A stretch of 64,000 nucleotides of DNA from an uncultured Gemmatimonadales bacterium (GCA_963739455.1 CAVUAK010000001.1:480001-544000); one strand, 5' to 3'; numbered from the stretch's first letter, positions 20,236 to 30,828 are shown. Notes: generated by a model from the letters alone, not told the origin. Numbers and translations are program-made.

Positions 20236-22077
20236 TCAGTTCGTGGGCTGGCCGTCGTCGATAATACGCGGCGTGACCAAGATAATCAGGTCCCGACGGT
20301 GCTCTTCGTCGGACGAGTAGGAGAAGAGCTTGCCAACCAGCGGCAGGGAGCTCAGGAGCGGAACACCCGAGCGGCTCTTCTTCACTTCCGTCACCGTCAG
20401 GCCGCCGATGACCGCAGTCTCGCCGTCGTTGACCAGGAGCTGGTTGGTGGCCAGCTGCTTGGTGAACACGTAACCGAGGTCCGTCGCCGCCAGTGGCACC
20501 ACCGCCGACCGCTCCGTACGGAGGGCCATGAGGATCTGGCGGTTGGCCGTGACATGCGGCGTGACAGTAAGCCGGATGCCGGTTTCGCGGAAGGACACCG
20601 TGGCGCGAGGTGCCTGGCCCGCCACGCCGACTGAGCTGTAGTCGACCACACGGAGCGGCACTTCTTCACCGACGAGGATGTCCGCCGGGCGGTTGTCGAG
20701 CGTCGAGATGACCGGCTCAGCCTGCACGTCCGACAGGTCGACCGTCTCGACCGCCTGGAGGAACGTGGTCAGGTTGAAGCCACCCAGCGCCGTCGAGAAG
20801 ACGAGGTCGAGGGCCGAGCCGATGATGTTGCTGTTCGCGTTCGCGATGCCGGCCACCTGGTTGCCGCCGAGGTCGACGATCGTGGTGTTCGGGTTGTATG
20901 GCGCGTCCGTGGTCGGATCGGTGCGCGTCACGACCTTGTTGTAGAACTGCGAGCTCGTGCCCAGGTCGTACTTCAGGCCCAGCTGCTCGATGTCGCTGCG
21001 CTCGACGAAGATGATCTTCGCCTGGATGCTGAGCTGCGGGGTCTTGATGTCGAGACCGCGGGCAAAGTCGGCAATCTGGCCGACGCGGCTGCGGGTGTCG
21101 GTGATGACCAGCGAGTTGGTCGCGGTGTCCGCGACGACGCGGCCCCGGCCCTTGGTCAGGATCGACTCGACGGTCTTGCTGAGCGCGGCGGCCTGGGCGT
21201 AGTTGACGCGCACGACGCTGGTCTCCAGCGGCTCGAGCGAATCGAGTGCGGCGAGCACCTGCGGCGCGTCGACGCGGATGATCCCGCCCGGCATTTCCTG
21301 CGCGGTGAGGCCCTGGGTGGCAAGCACGGCCTGGAAGGCCTGCGGCCACGGCTGGTTCTTGATTTCGGCTGTGACTTCGCCGGTGATCGACTTGCCCAGG
21401 ATGATCGTCCGACCGCTGAAGGCGGCGAAACCGGCCACCACGTCGGCGATGCTTGCACGGTCCCAGGTCACCGTGATGCGCGGCTCAGCGTTGTTCCGCA
21501 TGGCCGCCATCCGGTTCATCGGGATCGAGTTCACTTCCGGCCCGGGCTGCGAGGCGTACTGCGCGTGCGGGGCCTCGTCGGCCGCAGTGTCGATCTCGTT
21601 GTCTGCAACCTGCTGCGTTGCCGCCGCCTTCACGACCCGCGTACCCGCCGGGCCGTTCGAGGACCACCCGGCAAAGTTCGCCGAGCTGCCGAAGGACACG
21701 CGGATCTCGCCACCGTTCTGCTCCACCTTGTAGGGCTTCGCCGATTCGAGGTCGAGCACGATGCGCACGGTGCCCGGCTTGTACTGGGCGTAGCGCACGT
21801 TGGTGATGCCACCGCGGTTGACGCCGTCGTAGAGCTTGATCTGGCTGGTGCTGAGCTGCGCACCGACGAGGTCGAGCACGAGGCGATCCGGGTCAGCCAG
21901 GAAGAAATCGTTGACCTGCACATTGCCGGTGACTTGCAGGACGAAATCGACCCGGCCTGGTGCCGCAACGATACTTACGGCTGTCAGCTCGCCGGCCGGG
22001 GGCGCCGCCGCCCAGGCAGCGGGAGCCGTGCCCATTACGAGGGCAGCAGCCATGAGTGCACGGTACAGGCGCGTCAT
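20236..22077 (-). CDS. pilQ: Type IV pilus secretin with N-terminal AMIN domain
   Basis: Signal peptide; AMIN motif PDRLVLDL; secretin motifs TGIRLTVTP, DGETAVIGG, VPLLSSLPLVGKLF, LIILVTPRII. Confidence 0.93.
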   Translation of the reverse strand: MTRLYRALMAAALVMGTAPAAWAAAPPAGELTAVSIVAAPGRVDFVLQVTGNVQVNDFFLADPDRLVLDLVGAQLSTSQIKLYDGVNRGGITNVRYAQYKPGTVRIVLDLESAKPYKVEQNGGEIRVSFGSSANFAGWSSNGPAGTRVVKAAATQQVADNEIDTAADEAPHAQYASQPGPEVNSIPMNRMAAMRNNAEPRITVTWDRASIADVVAGFAAFSGRTIILGKSITGEVTAEIKNQPWPQAFQAVLATQGLTAQEMPGGIIRVDAPQVLAALDSLEPLETSVVRVNYAQAAALSKTVESILTKGRGRVVADTATNSLVITDTRSRVGQIADFARGLDIKTPQLSIQAKIIFVERSDIEQLGLKYDLGTSSQFYNKVVTRTDPTTDAPYNPNTTIVDLGGNQVAGIANANSNIIGSALDLVFSTALGGFNLTTFLQAVETVDLSDVQAEPVISTLDNRPADILVGEEVPLRVVDYSSVGVAGQAPRATVSFRETGIRLTVTPHVTANRQILMALRTERSAVVPLAATDLGYVFTKQLATNQLLVNDGETAVIGGLTVTEVKKSRSGVPLLSSLPLVGKLFSYSSDEEHRRDLIILVTPRIIDDGQPTN

Positions 22078-22955
22078 TGGGTCAAATCCTCCTGCTTGCG
22101 GAGCGAGAGAGTTTCCTGGCGCTCAAATCCGAAGTCTTCCACGGTGAACACGACGTCCTTCGTTCGAATCTGCGCCACCCGCAGGCGCCCGATCTGGTCC
22201 CCGGTCCGCAGCTTGTGCCGCTTCCCGGATTGCTTCTCACGCAGCACGGCGACGCTGTTGGCCGACGACCGCATGTCCTGGTAGATGCCGACGAGCTGCA
22301 GGTCGATCAGCTCGGGACCGGCGGACTTGGTGTTGATCAGCGAGCCGAAGGGGTCACGCGCACCGCCGCCATAGGCGAACGTCTCGCGCAGGACCTCGAC
22401 TTCCGTCACTTCTCCCTGCGGCAGCGCGGGCGATGAATCCGTCCGGGTGCTGGCCGCCAGCGTCGCCGCGGCGGGCGCCCCATCAGGGGCCGGGATCGCC
22501 TGGCTGGCCCGGCGCACCGAGTCGGCCATCGCGAGCTGCTGCTGCGCTGCGCTCTGTCCGGTCGGCGCTGCCGCCGGGGCCGGGACAGGAACGGCGCGGG
22601 CTGAACTGGCGGCCGAGTCGCCTGCCGCCGCGAGGGCCGCGGCCGAGGTCGACTTCGGTGCGCCGCAGGCCGTCGTGACCTCAGGCGCCACCTGGCCGGT
22701 GGTGAGCTTCGCGAGCTTGCGCTTGCCGGCGGCAGTCTTCTGGAGCACCACCGTCACCGAGTCACTGCAGGTCGTGTAGGCGACCGTCGCGAGCGAATCG
22801 AGTGCGCGCGCCTTGCGGATGCTGTCCGTCCGCGCGCGGAGCTGCGCCATCCGCGCCTCCGCTGCCTTCTCGGCTTCTGCTTCCTTCTTGGAGCCGCCGC
22901 ACGCCGCGAGCATCGCGGCCAGGACGAGAACGGCCCACCGGCGATCAGGTGCCAC
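22074..22955 (-). CDS. PilP-like lipoprotein with long Ala-rich N-terminal extension
   Basis: Lipobox LAAC; RDPF motif then LQLVGI...GDQIG...IR; lies between pilO and pilQ. Confidence 0.7.
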   Translation of the reverse strand: MAPDRRWAVLVLAAMLAACGGSKKEAEAEKAAEARMAQLRARTDSIRKARALDSLATVAYTTCSDSVTVVLQKTAAGKRKLAKLTTGQVAPEVTTACGAPKSTSAAALAAAGDSAASSARAVPVPAPAAAPTGQSAAQQQLAMADSVRRASQAIPAPDGAPAAATLAASTRTDSSPALPQGEVTEVEVLRETFAYGGGARDPFGSLINTKSAGPELIDLQLVGIYQDMRSSANSVAVLREKQSGKRHKLRTGDQIGRLRVAQIRTKDVVFTVEDFGFERQETLSLRKQEDLTQ

Positions 22956-23583
22956 TGGCCTCTCCCTCCGCCGCGCTAGCGGACTTCACATAGGTGCGAA
23001 TCTGGAACTTCGCCTCGAGCATGGCGCCGGATGAATCGCCCAGCACCTTGGCCGAGGCCGGGTTGGCCGGTGCGATCGTCAGGTCCACCGGCACGATGAT
23101 GCGCTGCAGTGATGCGATGTCGCCGAGGAACTCGCCGATCTGGTCGTAGTGCCCCATGACCCGCATGTTGTACTTGTAGGTCGTGAAGGGCGCTGGACCC
23201 CGCTCCTCGGGCAGTGGTGCCACCTCGGCGAGGTTCACGCCGCGGATCTTGGCCCGGGTGCTGATGTCGTCGAGCAGGTTCGGCACCTCATTGCGCTCCG
23301 GCACCAGCCGGCGCAGGAGGGACAGGCTCGAACGGTAGCTCTCCAGCTTGTGCCGCAGGTCCTCGACCGTGCCCCGCGCCAGTTCACGCTTGGCGCTGTC
23401 GGTCTGGGCCTCCAGGTGCTTCACCGTGTCCTGGATGGCAGCGATCTCTTCCTTCTGCTGCTTGAGACCCTTCATGCCGAGGGTGTCCAGCAGCGTCCCG
23501 GTGTAGGCGATGTAGCCCACGAGGCCGGCCAGCAGGATCAGGAAGACGCTGGTGCCCTTTTCTCCTGAAAGCGAGAGTGCCAT
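22945..23583 (-). CDS. pilO: Type IV pilus assembly protein PilO
   Basis: TM, coiled coil, LVP..NEVPNLL and GHYDQIGEFL; operon position. Confidence 0.88.
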   Translation of the reverse strand: MALSLSGEKGTSVFLILLAGLVGYIAYTGTLLDTLGMKGLKQQKEEIAAIQDTVKHLEAQTDSAKRELARGTVEDLRHKLESYRSSLSLLRRLVPERNEVPNLLDDISTRAKIRGVNLAEVAPLPEERGPAPFTTYKYNMRVMGHYDQIGEFLGDIASLQRIIVPVDLTIAPANPASAKVLGDSSGAMLEAKFQIRTYVKSASAAEGEASGT

Positions 23584-23586
23584 CGC

Positions 23587-24282
23587 TTACCTCACCGACT
23601 GACTGAGCGGGACGGTCCGGATGTACGCGGAATCGGCCGTTGCGAAATTGGCGCGGATGGTGAACGCGGTGACTGGGCGTTCATGCTCCACCACCGTGGA
23701 CACCGAGACAGGCACCACATCGGTCACCCACGGCGAGGCTTCAAGCTGCCGCAGGAACTTCGTATACGCCTGGATGTCGACCGTGCGACCCTGGATGCGG
23801 AACGACGGTGGAAGCCGGCGCACGCTGTCGGTCGCTGCGGAATCGGACACCTGCGGCGCCACCGGGGCCTGGGCCACCACCTCGGTCAGCCAGGTGTACG
23901 CCGGCAGTGCCTGGGCCACCTCGTCGAGCACGTGCGGCCACACATACCGGTCCCGATCCACATCGCGGATCACGCCGATCTGCGCCAGCAACGAGTCGCG
24001 GATGAGCTCCTGCTTCTTCTTCTGCTGGATGAACGCCTTGAACCGGCGGTTCTCCGTCTGGGCCTGCTCGAGGCGCGGCTGCCACTCGGCCAGCTCCGAC
24101 GTCTGCTTCTTCCAGACGCCGCCGAGCCACACGGCGACGGCCAGCCACGAGGCAGCCACGCCGACAAGCAGCGGATCCTTGACCTTGGAGGCCAGGGCCT
24201 TGAGGCGCTCTCCCGCGCCGGCGAGGCGGTTCCCGCCTCCCTTGCGCTTGAGGCCCGGCTTGAGATTGATCGCGATCATCAT
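23587..24282 (-). CDS. pilN: Type IV pilus assembly protein PilN
   Basis: N-terminal INL motif, TM, LP..TWLT, LEASPW. Confidence 0.88.
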   Translation of the reverse strand: MMIAINLKPGLKRKGGGNRLAGAGERLKALASKVKDPLLVGVAASWLAVAVWLGGVWKKQTSELAEWQPRLEQAQTENRRFKAFIQQKKKQELIRDSLLAQIGVIRDVDRDRYVWPHVLDEVAQALPAYTWLTEVVAQAPVAPQVSDSAATDSVRRLPPSFRIQGRTVDIQAYTKFLRQLEASPWVTDVVPVSVSTVVEHERPVTAFTIRANFATADSAYIRTVPLSQSVR

Positions 24283-24301
24283 GGTGTCGTGACTCCCGGG
24301 G

Positions 24302-25345
24302 TCAGGCGGCCGAACGGAGCGCGAGGCCGATCGGCAGCATCAGCAGCGGCGCCACCTCGTCGACCACCATCATGTCCAGCACGCCGTCGGCGACACGCAG
24401 CCGCTCGATCGGGTTTGCAAGCTGCACCGGCAGGCGCAGCCGGTCGGCCAGCACGCGGTTGAGGCCGGGAATGCGCGCCCCACCACCCGTGGTGTAGAGC
24501 CGGCTCAGGCCGGTGGACGACCGTGACGCCGACTGGAGGAAGGCCGCGGCACGCTCGATACCCACCGCCAGCTCCTCACCGCGCGTCTCCAGGAACGGCT
24601 CCAGTTCCGCCGTGGTCTCCGAACCCTGCAGCATGCGATCCGCCTCTTCCGCGGAGATGCCGCGCTCGCGCTGCATGTCCTCGCGGAAGCGCCGGGTGCC
24701 GACCTGGATGTCGCGCGTCAGCACCGGCACGCCGTCGTCCAGGATGTTCACGTTGGTCAGCTCGTGGCCGATGTTCACCAGGCCCACCACCCCGCGCATC
24801 GCGTCGGGATAATTGAGCTCGAAGGCATTGTGCAGGGCGAAGGCATCGACATCGATGATGCTGGGCTCGAGGCCCACATCAGCGAGGAGGGAAAGCTTGG
24901 TCTCGATGAGTTCCCGCTTGGCCGCCACCAGGAGCACCGTCATCTGCAGCCCGTCACTGTCCGGATCAAGGATCTGGAAGTCGAGCTCGACGTTCTCCAT
25001 GTCGAACGGCACGTGCTGCTCGGCTTCCCAGCGGATCACCTCGCGGGCCTCGGCAGCCTTCATGCGGTCCATCGTGATCTTCTTGATGATTACGTCGCGG
25101 CCCCCAACGGCCGTCACGACCTGCTTGGGCTTGATGCCCGCGGACGACATCAACCCCTTGATCGCCTCAGCGACGATCCCTGGGTCCATGACCTCGCCCT
25201 CGACGATCGCATCGTCCACCACGGAGGTGAACGCGACCTTCGTCAGCACCGGCTCGCCACCACCATGCTGGATGACGACGAGCTTGATCAGGCCGCTGCC
25301 GATGTCGAGACCGACGGTAGTCCGCTTCCGGCCGAACATTGCCAT
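24302..25345 (-). CDS. pilM: Type IV pilus assembly protein PilM
   Basis: VGLDIGSGLIK, EAEQHVPF, VLLVAAKR, TGGGA, IGLALR. Confidence 0.95.
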   Translation of the reverse strand: MAMFGRKRTTVGLDIGSGLIKLVVIQHGGGEPVLTKVAFTSVVDDAIVEGEVMDPGIVAEAIKGLMSSAGIKPKQVVTAVGGRDVIIKKITMDRMKAAEAREVIRWEAEQHVPFDMENVELDFQILDPDSDGLQMTVLLVAAKRELIETKLSLLADVGLEPSIIDVDAFALHNAFELNYPDAMRGVVGLVNIGHELTNVNILDDGVPVLTRDIQVGTRRFREDMQRERGISAEEADRMLQGSETTAELEPFLETRGEELAVGIERAAAFLQSASRSSTGLSRLYTTGGGARIPGLNRVLADRLRLPVQLANPIERLRVADGVLDMMVVDEVAPLLMLPIGLALRSAA

Positions 25346-25378
25346 AGGTGCCCGGTTGTTGGGGGGTTATGCAAGGTC

Positions 25379-25408
25379 ACGCTAAGTGATCCCTGCGCCA
25401 CTTGTCAA
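25379..25408 (-). promoter_or_regulatory. Putative sigma70 promoter of pilM
   Basis: TTGACA-N18-TAGCGT about 34 nt upstream of the pilM ATG. Confidence 0.45.
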
Positions 25409-25614
25409 CGTTATATGCTACGAGCTCACATGTAACAAGCTCTGCTCTTTCATGCACTTATGCCAGTCGCACCCTAGGATCGTAACCGCCGTCGATCCAC
25501 CCTTCCAGATCCGCCAAAGGAATGCAGCGTACACATTCCATTCAGCCTGGCTCGTTCAGCCGCTCTCGCGAATTCCTGTTCGGCAAAAACGCTCTGTGGG
25601 CAGGTGTCGGAGGA

Positions 25615-25629
25615 GCAACCCATATGCCA
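25615..25629 (-). promoter_or_regulatory. Sigma54 -24/-12 promoter
   Basis: TGGCATATGGGTTGC (GG-N10-GC) on the minus strand, embedded in the inverted repeat GCAACCCAT-N5-ATGGGTTGC. Confidence 0.65.
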
Positions 25630-25820
25630 TGGGTTGCATTGAAGATGCATCTGTCGCAATGACAACAACTTGAGTGCACTTTCAGGGACAGGGAAAAGGG
25701 TGCCCGGCATCACACCTCACTCCCAAATGCATGGCCTTTCTCACCTTGCCAAGCTGCAAAACCGGTGCGCCACTTCCTGCACGACAACGTGACGCTGCAG
25801 GCCGGACGCGCCTCGACCGC

Positions 25821-26293
25821 TCAGCAGTTGGTCACCGGGCGCTCCGGGACGGGGGCGAGTCGCACTCGGCGCATGCCAGATGAGTCGGTCTCCCGCTGCA
25901 CTTGGAAGAGGCCGCAGAGCTGGCGACGCGCCGCCACACCCTCCCCGCCGGCAAATCCCTGGGCCACCACTTCCACCAGGGCTGTGTCGATGCGCGCCAG
26001 CTCGGCGTAGCCAACGGCCCGCCCGGGCAGGCGCACCGGCGGCGGCATTCGGGCAAGCACGACATCGAGGCTCTCCGGCGCCGCCTGCTCCACCCAGTCA
26101 CGGGCGCTCGCGAGTGCCGCCTCGGTCGCCGCAGCGGCACGCGCGCCGGCCAGTGACTCGAGCCCGGCGCGTGCCTCCACCCGGAGGGTCCAGAACAATC
26201 CGGCGATGAGGATCTCGAGGAGGAGCAGGACGAAGAGGGCGAGCAGCATGGCGCTTCCACTTCGGCGAGTGCGCCGCGACCAGGTGCGATCAT
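25821..26293 (-). CDS. PilX-like minor pilin (frameshift near the start)
   Basis: RRSGSAMLLALFVLLLLEIL N-terminus, then ARAAAATEAAL; follows pilV/W-like genes. Confidence 0.6.
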
Positions 26294-27110
26294 GGCACGC
26301 CTCCATTCCGCAGCGCGACCGTAGCACGCAGAGTGTCCGTCGCACGTGCCCCTGCCCGGGAACCCCCGCCTGCGGTACGGAAGCGACCAGCCTCAGCTCC
26401 AGCAGCTGCGCCTCGGCGGGAAGGGCAAGATTGGCGTCGCCGTCGAGCCAACCCAGCGACGAGGCCGCGAACCGCCAGCGGCCCGGCGATGGGCTGGATG
26501 ACGTCACCAGGCCGAAGTGATCGCGCCCCGACCCACCACGAGCCGCCACTCTCGTACAGCCGGATGCGCATCCATTCGAACACTCGCACCGGGAGGTCAC
26601 TCAATGACGCCCGGGCGAGAAGGTCGGGCAGGAGCGCAAGCCGGAGCCCCGGGCTTCCATCGCGGCAATGGCCTCGGGTCGGTGCGGCAAGCAGGGGCGA
26701 GGCAACCCAGGTGACCGTCGCGGGGAACGAGTCGGCAGGGAGCAGGACGAGCAGGCTGTCACGCGCGGGATCGGGAAGTCGCCAGGCGCGATAGTCGGCA
26801 TCGCGCACGACGACGGTGCTGCCCTCGATGCCGCAGGTGTATCCACTGCCCCGCCCGGCGCGGTAGGTGACGCTCTCCGCCGCGAAGCCGCCGATATCGC
26901 GTGCAGGTGCCACATCGCCCACCTCGCGCTCGACCACCGCGGCGACCTCGCGCAGCATGCCCTCCTGCCGGGCCCGCTCGCGGCTGCGATCGGCGGTGCG
27001 CACCGCCTGACAGCGCCGCCGATGTTACGCTGCCGGCCACCACGGCGAGCAGCGACCATGCTGACCAGCAACTCGACGAGGGAGAATCCCCGGTTCGATG
27101 CCGTGTTCAT
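26290..27110 (-). CDS. PilW-like minor pilin (frameshifted)
   Basis: Prepilin motif RGFSLVELLV; continues in ORF 26290..27003 ending VALRN. Confidence 0.7.
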
Positions 27111-27452
27111 GAGCAGCGCACCACCGTGGCGACGGAGTCTGCCGCTGCGGCCAGCTCGGGCGGTCGATCAGCACGGTGACGCGGCGCAGCGACGGGCGAC
27201 ACGTCCGGCGCCCACGTAACCCGGGCACCGCTGAAGGCCCGGCTGCCTGACGTCCGCGGCACATACGCTGTCGCTCCGCGCCACCCGCGCGAGGAGGTCC
27301 CGGCCCCGCACCGCGGCGCGGGTGGCCAGTCGGCCCCGGGCGAGCAGTCGCTCTCCGGAGCTGAGCACGCCGGCGAGGCCGAGCAGCGCCACCTCGAGCA
27401 CGAGCACGGCGACCAGCGTGTCGATGAGGGTGAAACCAGTGCGGGATGTCAT
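27107..27452 (-). CDS. PilV-like minor pilin (frameshifted)
   Basis: MTSRTGFTLIDTLVAVLVL; probable end ATVVRCS* overlapping the next ATG. Confidence 0.65.
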
Positions 27453-27484
27453 GCGTGCTCCGGGAGAGGGAGCACCCACCATGG

Positions 27485-27535
27485 CGAAGGCGCCGGTGCA
27501 GACCGCCATCGTGGCGGCGCGCACCGGCGCCTTCG
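27485..27535. repeat. Long GC-rich hairpin
   Basis: 15-bp perfect outer stem CGAAGGCGCCGGTGC/GCACCGGCGCCTTCG plus inner CCGCCA/TGGCGG; no U-tract. Confidence 0.75.
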
Positions 27536-27555
27536 AATGCAGTCGGTTCCGGCGG

Positions 27556-28920
27556 CTACTCGAGGCGGTAGCGCCGCAGCTTGTAGAAGAGGGTCCGGAG
27601 GCTCACGCCCAGGAGGTGGGCCGCCTCTCGGCGGCTGCCCTTGGAGGCCTCGAGGGCGCGCACGATCGTCGCACGCTCGAGCTGCTCGATCTGCGGCTTG
27701 AGCTCGTACGAGCCGGTGAGCGGCACGTACACCCCGTTCGTCGAGCGCCCGTTGGTCGAGGCCGCCGTCGTGAGCGGGAAGTCTTCCATGTCCAGGCGTC
27801 CGGTCGAGCTGAGCACCGCGGCCCGTTCGATGGCGTTGCGCAGTTCGCGCACGTTGCCGGGCCAGCCATGACTCGCCAGCGCCGCCAGCGCGCGCGGCGT
27901 CAGGCTTACCGCGCGGCCCAGCTTCTCGGCGGCCTGCTGCGCAAAATGTGCGACGAGCGCCGGGACATCCGCGGGGCGCTCCCGGAGCGGCGGCACGTGC
28001 AACCGCACGACGTTGATGCGGTAGTAGAGGTCGTCGCGGAACTGGCCGCTCTCCACCGCGCGCTCCAGGTCCTTGGCCGTTGCGGCAATCACGCGCACGT
28101 CAACTGCGCGGTTGTCGCGGCCACCCAGCCGGCGGATTTCGCCCTCTTCCAGCACGCGCAGCAGCTTGGCTTGCAGGCCGATCGGGAGGTCGCCGATCTC
28201 GTCCAGCATCAGCGTACCGCCATTGGTCGACTCGAATATGCCCGACCGGTCGGAGACGGCACCGGTGAATGCACCACGCACGTGACCGAACAGCTCCGAC
28301 TCGAGGAGGTGCTCGGGAATCGCTGCACAGTTGATCGCAGTGAATGGTCCGGCGCTCCGCGGACTCATGCGGTGGATCGCGCGCGCCATGACTTCCTTGC
28401 CCGTGCCACTCTCGCCCGTCAGCAGGACCGTGGTGTCGTGTGCCGCCACCCGCTCCGCCAGCTCGAGCAGGTTCCGGAGTGCCGGGCTCTCGGCCACGAG
28501 GATGTCGCGGACCGCATCGGCGCCGATGGTGGCGCGGAGCTGCTGCACCTCGAGCCGGAGGCGTTCGCGCTCCTCGGCCTTTCGCAGGGTGAGCGTCACT
28601 TCGTCCGGCCGGAACGGCTTGTGGAGATAGTCGTAGGCGCCCTCGCGCATGGCAGCGATGGCGACGTCCTCCCCACCATAGGCACTCATCATCACCATGA
28701 GGGCCGGGCCCCGCTCCGCGCGGTACCGGCGCAGGAAGGTGAGCCCGTCCATCTTCGGCATGCGGACGTCGCAGAGCACGAGGTCGAACTTCTCGTCCAG
28801 TGCGCGCGCGAGCCCCTCCTCGGGATCGCCTTCCGCAGCGACCTCGTAACCGGACTCCGTCAGGAGCAGGCCGAGTGACTGCCGCAATCCGGCGTCGTCA
28901 TCGACGATGAGCAGGCGCAT
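27556..28920 (-). CDS. Sigma54-dependent response regulator (PilR/AtoC-like)
   Basis: Receiver with DD and [31 protein letters not shown]. Confidence 0.93.
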   Translation of the reverse strand: MRLLIVDDDAGLRQSLGLLLTESGYEVAAEGDPEEGLARALDEKFDLVLCDVRMPKMDGLTFLRRYRAERGPALMVMMSAYGGEDVAIAAMREGAYDYLHKPFRPDEVTLTLRKAEERERLRLEVQQLRATIGADAVRDILVAESPALRNLLELAERVAAHDTTVLLTGESGTGKEVMARAIHRMSPRSAGPFTAINCAAIPEHLLESELFGHVRGAFTGAVSDRSGIFESTNGGTLMLDEIGDLPIGLQAKLLRVLEEGEIRRLGGRDNRAVDVRVIAATAKDLERAVESGQFRDDLYYRINVVRLHVPPLRERPADVPALVAHFAQQAAEKLGRAVSLTPRALAALASHGWPGNVRELRNAIERAAVLSSTGRLDMEDFPLTTAASTNGRSTNGVYVPLTGSYELKPQIEQLERATIVRALEASKGSRREAAHLLGVSLRTLFYKLRRYRLE

Positions 28921-30053
28921 CAGGCCTCCGCCGCCAGCGGCAGGAAAATCTTGAAGACCGCGCCACCCTCACGCGCACGATCCACCCAGACGATGCCGCC
29001 CAGGTCGTGCACGGTACGAGCGACGATGGCGAGCCCGAGTCCCGTGCCGGCTCCCGGTGCCTTGGTCGTAAAGAACGGATCGAACACTCGTTCCCGATCG
29101 GTTGCTGGAACCCCGGGGCCGTCGTCCGCGACATAGAGGAGCACGCCAGGCGTGCCGGGGGCGAGGTCCATCCTCCGGGGACGCGGCAGGCGAACCCCGG
29201 GGATAGCCGGTACCGGCTCCCCCGTCCGCCGCTTGGCGGGTGGGTTGGCCTCGTACCGCCAGAACAGTGTTCCGGCCGTCACATGCCCGTTCGGCGTGGC
29301 ATCTCGCGCATTTAGCAGCAGATTGACGATCACCTGTTCGAGTGCATGTCGGTCTCCCCGCACGACCTGCGGGTTTTCAGCCAGTTCCAACGCAAGCGTC
29401 ACGCCGCGAAGCGCGCCCTGGGCCGATAAGAAGCCGATAGTGGCTCCCAGGACCTCGTTCAGGTCGCTGGAGCCAGTCGGGGGCCCCGGTCGGGAATAGT
29501 CGAGAAGGCCGCGGACGATATGCTCGATCCGCTCGATCTCCTGGACCATCGCATCGGTCACGCCGGCATCGGTTCCCCGCCGGCGGAGGACCTCGACGTA
29601 GGTGTGCAGGGCGCCAAGCGGGTTGCGAATTTCATGGGCCACGCCCGCCGCGAGCTGGCCCACCCCGGCCAGCTTCTCCACGCGCACGATCTGGCTGTTG
29701 ACGTCGAGGAGGCTCGCCGCCATCCGGCGATACCGCTCCGACAGCCCCGCAAACTCCTCGCTCTCGTAGCTCGGCGTCGCGTCCGGCAATGCCCCGCCCT
29801 CGAGTGAGGTGACTTCCGCCGCGAGGGTCTCCAGCGGCTTGAGCAGCGTCCGCCGCACGAGGTAGTGCGCAAACAGGACGAACGCGACCGAACTCCCCAC
29901 CCAGAGCACAATGAGGGCGCCGATCGACTCTTCAGTGCCGAAACGCGCGATGAGCGCCGTCGCGAGCCCCGTAAGGAGGACCGCGCTCGACGCCAGGAAT
30001 CCCAATTGGAACAGCAGCTCGGTGCGGAGCGACTGGGGCCTGCGTTCCGCCAT
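28920..30053 (-). CDS. Sensor histidine kinase (2 TM + HAMP-like region)
   Basis: AHEIRNP H-box, NLLLNARDA, DDGPG, FFTTK, GTGLGL. Confidence 0.92.
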   Translation of the reverse strand: MAERRPQSLRTELLFQLGFLASSAVLLTGLATALIARFGTEESIGALIVLWVGSSVAFVLFAHYLVRRTLLKPLETLAAEVTSLEGGALPDATPSYESEEFAGLSERYRRMAASLLDVNSQIVRVEKLAGVGQLAAGVAHEIRNPLGALHTYVEVLRRRGTDAGVTDAMVQEIERIEHIVRGLLDYSRPGPPTGSSDLNEVLGATIGFLSAQGALRGVTLALELAENPQVVRGDRHALEQVIVNLLLNARDATPNGHVTAGTLFWRYEANPPAKRRTGEPVPAIPGVRLPRPRRMDLAPGTPGVLLYVADDGPGVPATDRERVFDPFFTTKAPGAGTGLGLAIVARTVHDLGGIVWVDRAREGGAVFKIFLPLAAEA

Positions 30054-30117
30054 CGCTACTCGTCTCCCGAAAACCCCATGCAGGCCCCCGCGTTGGTACG
30101 CGGCGACCGTCGCGTAC

Positions 30118-30510
30118 TCAGTTACAGGCGACTACACCCTCGGTGGTGGCCGGCGCCGGCGGCGCGGCCGTGCCCTGGTAGAAGGCGCAGGTCCGCGTCG
30201 TAATGGTCGGGTAGGCCGACGTCGCCGCCCAGCCGGCGTTGTCGCCAGCGGTGATGGTGATGGTGACACCCTGCGAAGGGTTGTAGAGCAGTGCCGCGGC
30301 CGGTACCGGCCCCGAGTAGTACACGTTGTTGTCGCCGTAGTAGCTCTCCTGCGCCGTCGCCAGGTTGCGCAGGTCACCCTTCATCTTGGCCATCGCCGCG
30401 CTGCCCTTCGTCGTCGCGAACTTCGGAATCGCGATCACGGCCAGGATGCCGATGATCACGACCACGATGAGCAACTCGATCAGGGTGAAACCACGGCGAT
30501 GACTCGACAC
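30118..30510 (-). CDS. Type IVa pilin
   Basis: RRG|FTLIELLIVVVIIGILAVIAIPKF; two C-terminal Cys; GAGG SD. Confidence 0.93.
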   Translation of the reverse strand: MSSHRRGFTLIELLIVVVIIGILAVIAIPKFATTKGSAAMAKMKGDLRNLATAQESYYGDNNVYYSGPVPAAALLYNPSQGVTITITAGDNAGWAATSAYPTITTRTCAFYQGTAAPPAPATTEGVVACN

Positions 30511-30586
30511 GATTCCTCATCATGTTGGTGACCTGAGGCACTCGTCACGCCAGGCCGGCCAGTGCGTTCCTCTGACCGGAGTAACA

Positions 30587-30601
30587 GCAACGCTGATGCC
30601 A
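30587..30601 (-). promoter_or_regulatory. Sigma54 promoter of pilin 30118-30510
   Basis: TGGCATCAGCGTTGC. Confidence 0.75.
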
Positions 30602-30828
30602 TACGCAAAACGACCCATAAGTCGTTGTCAGTCAACAGCTTTTCCCAAACTTGCAGCTCGGTTGCGAAAACCCCTGCATAGATCGCTCGTGGAAAGTGCG
30701 AGAGCAATTCCGGAGGGTCCTATGACAAGCGAAGAACGCGTCGTGTGGCCCGGCCCGGGAAAGTTCGTCAACGCTCCAGATCCTCTCGCACAGCGACTCC
30801 GAATCCTTCGCCGCTTGGCGATTCGAAC

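Noticed and set aside
25410..25610. c-di-GMP-I (GEMM) riboswitch upstream of pilM
   Set aside because: The GGCAAA...GAAA...GACGCAAA core could not be found on the coding strand.
27538..27552. Sigma54 promoter for the minor pilins (GGAACCGACTGCA, minus strand)
   Set aside because: GG-to-GC spacing is 8 nt rather than the required 10.
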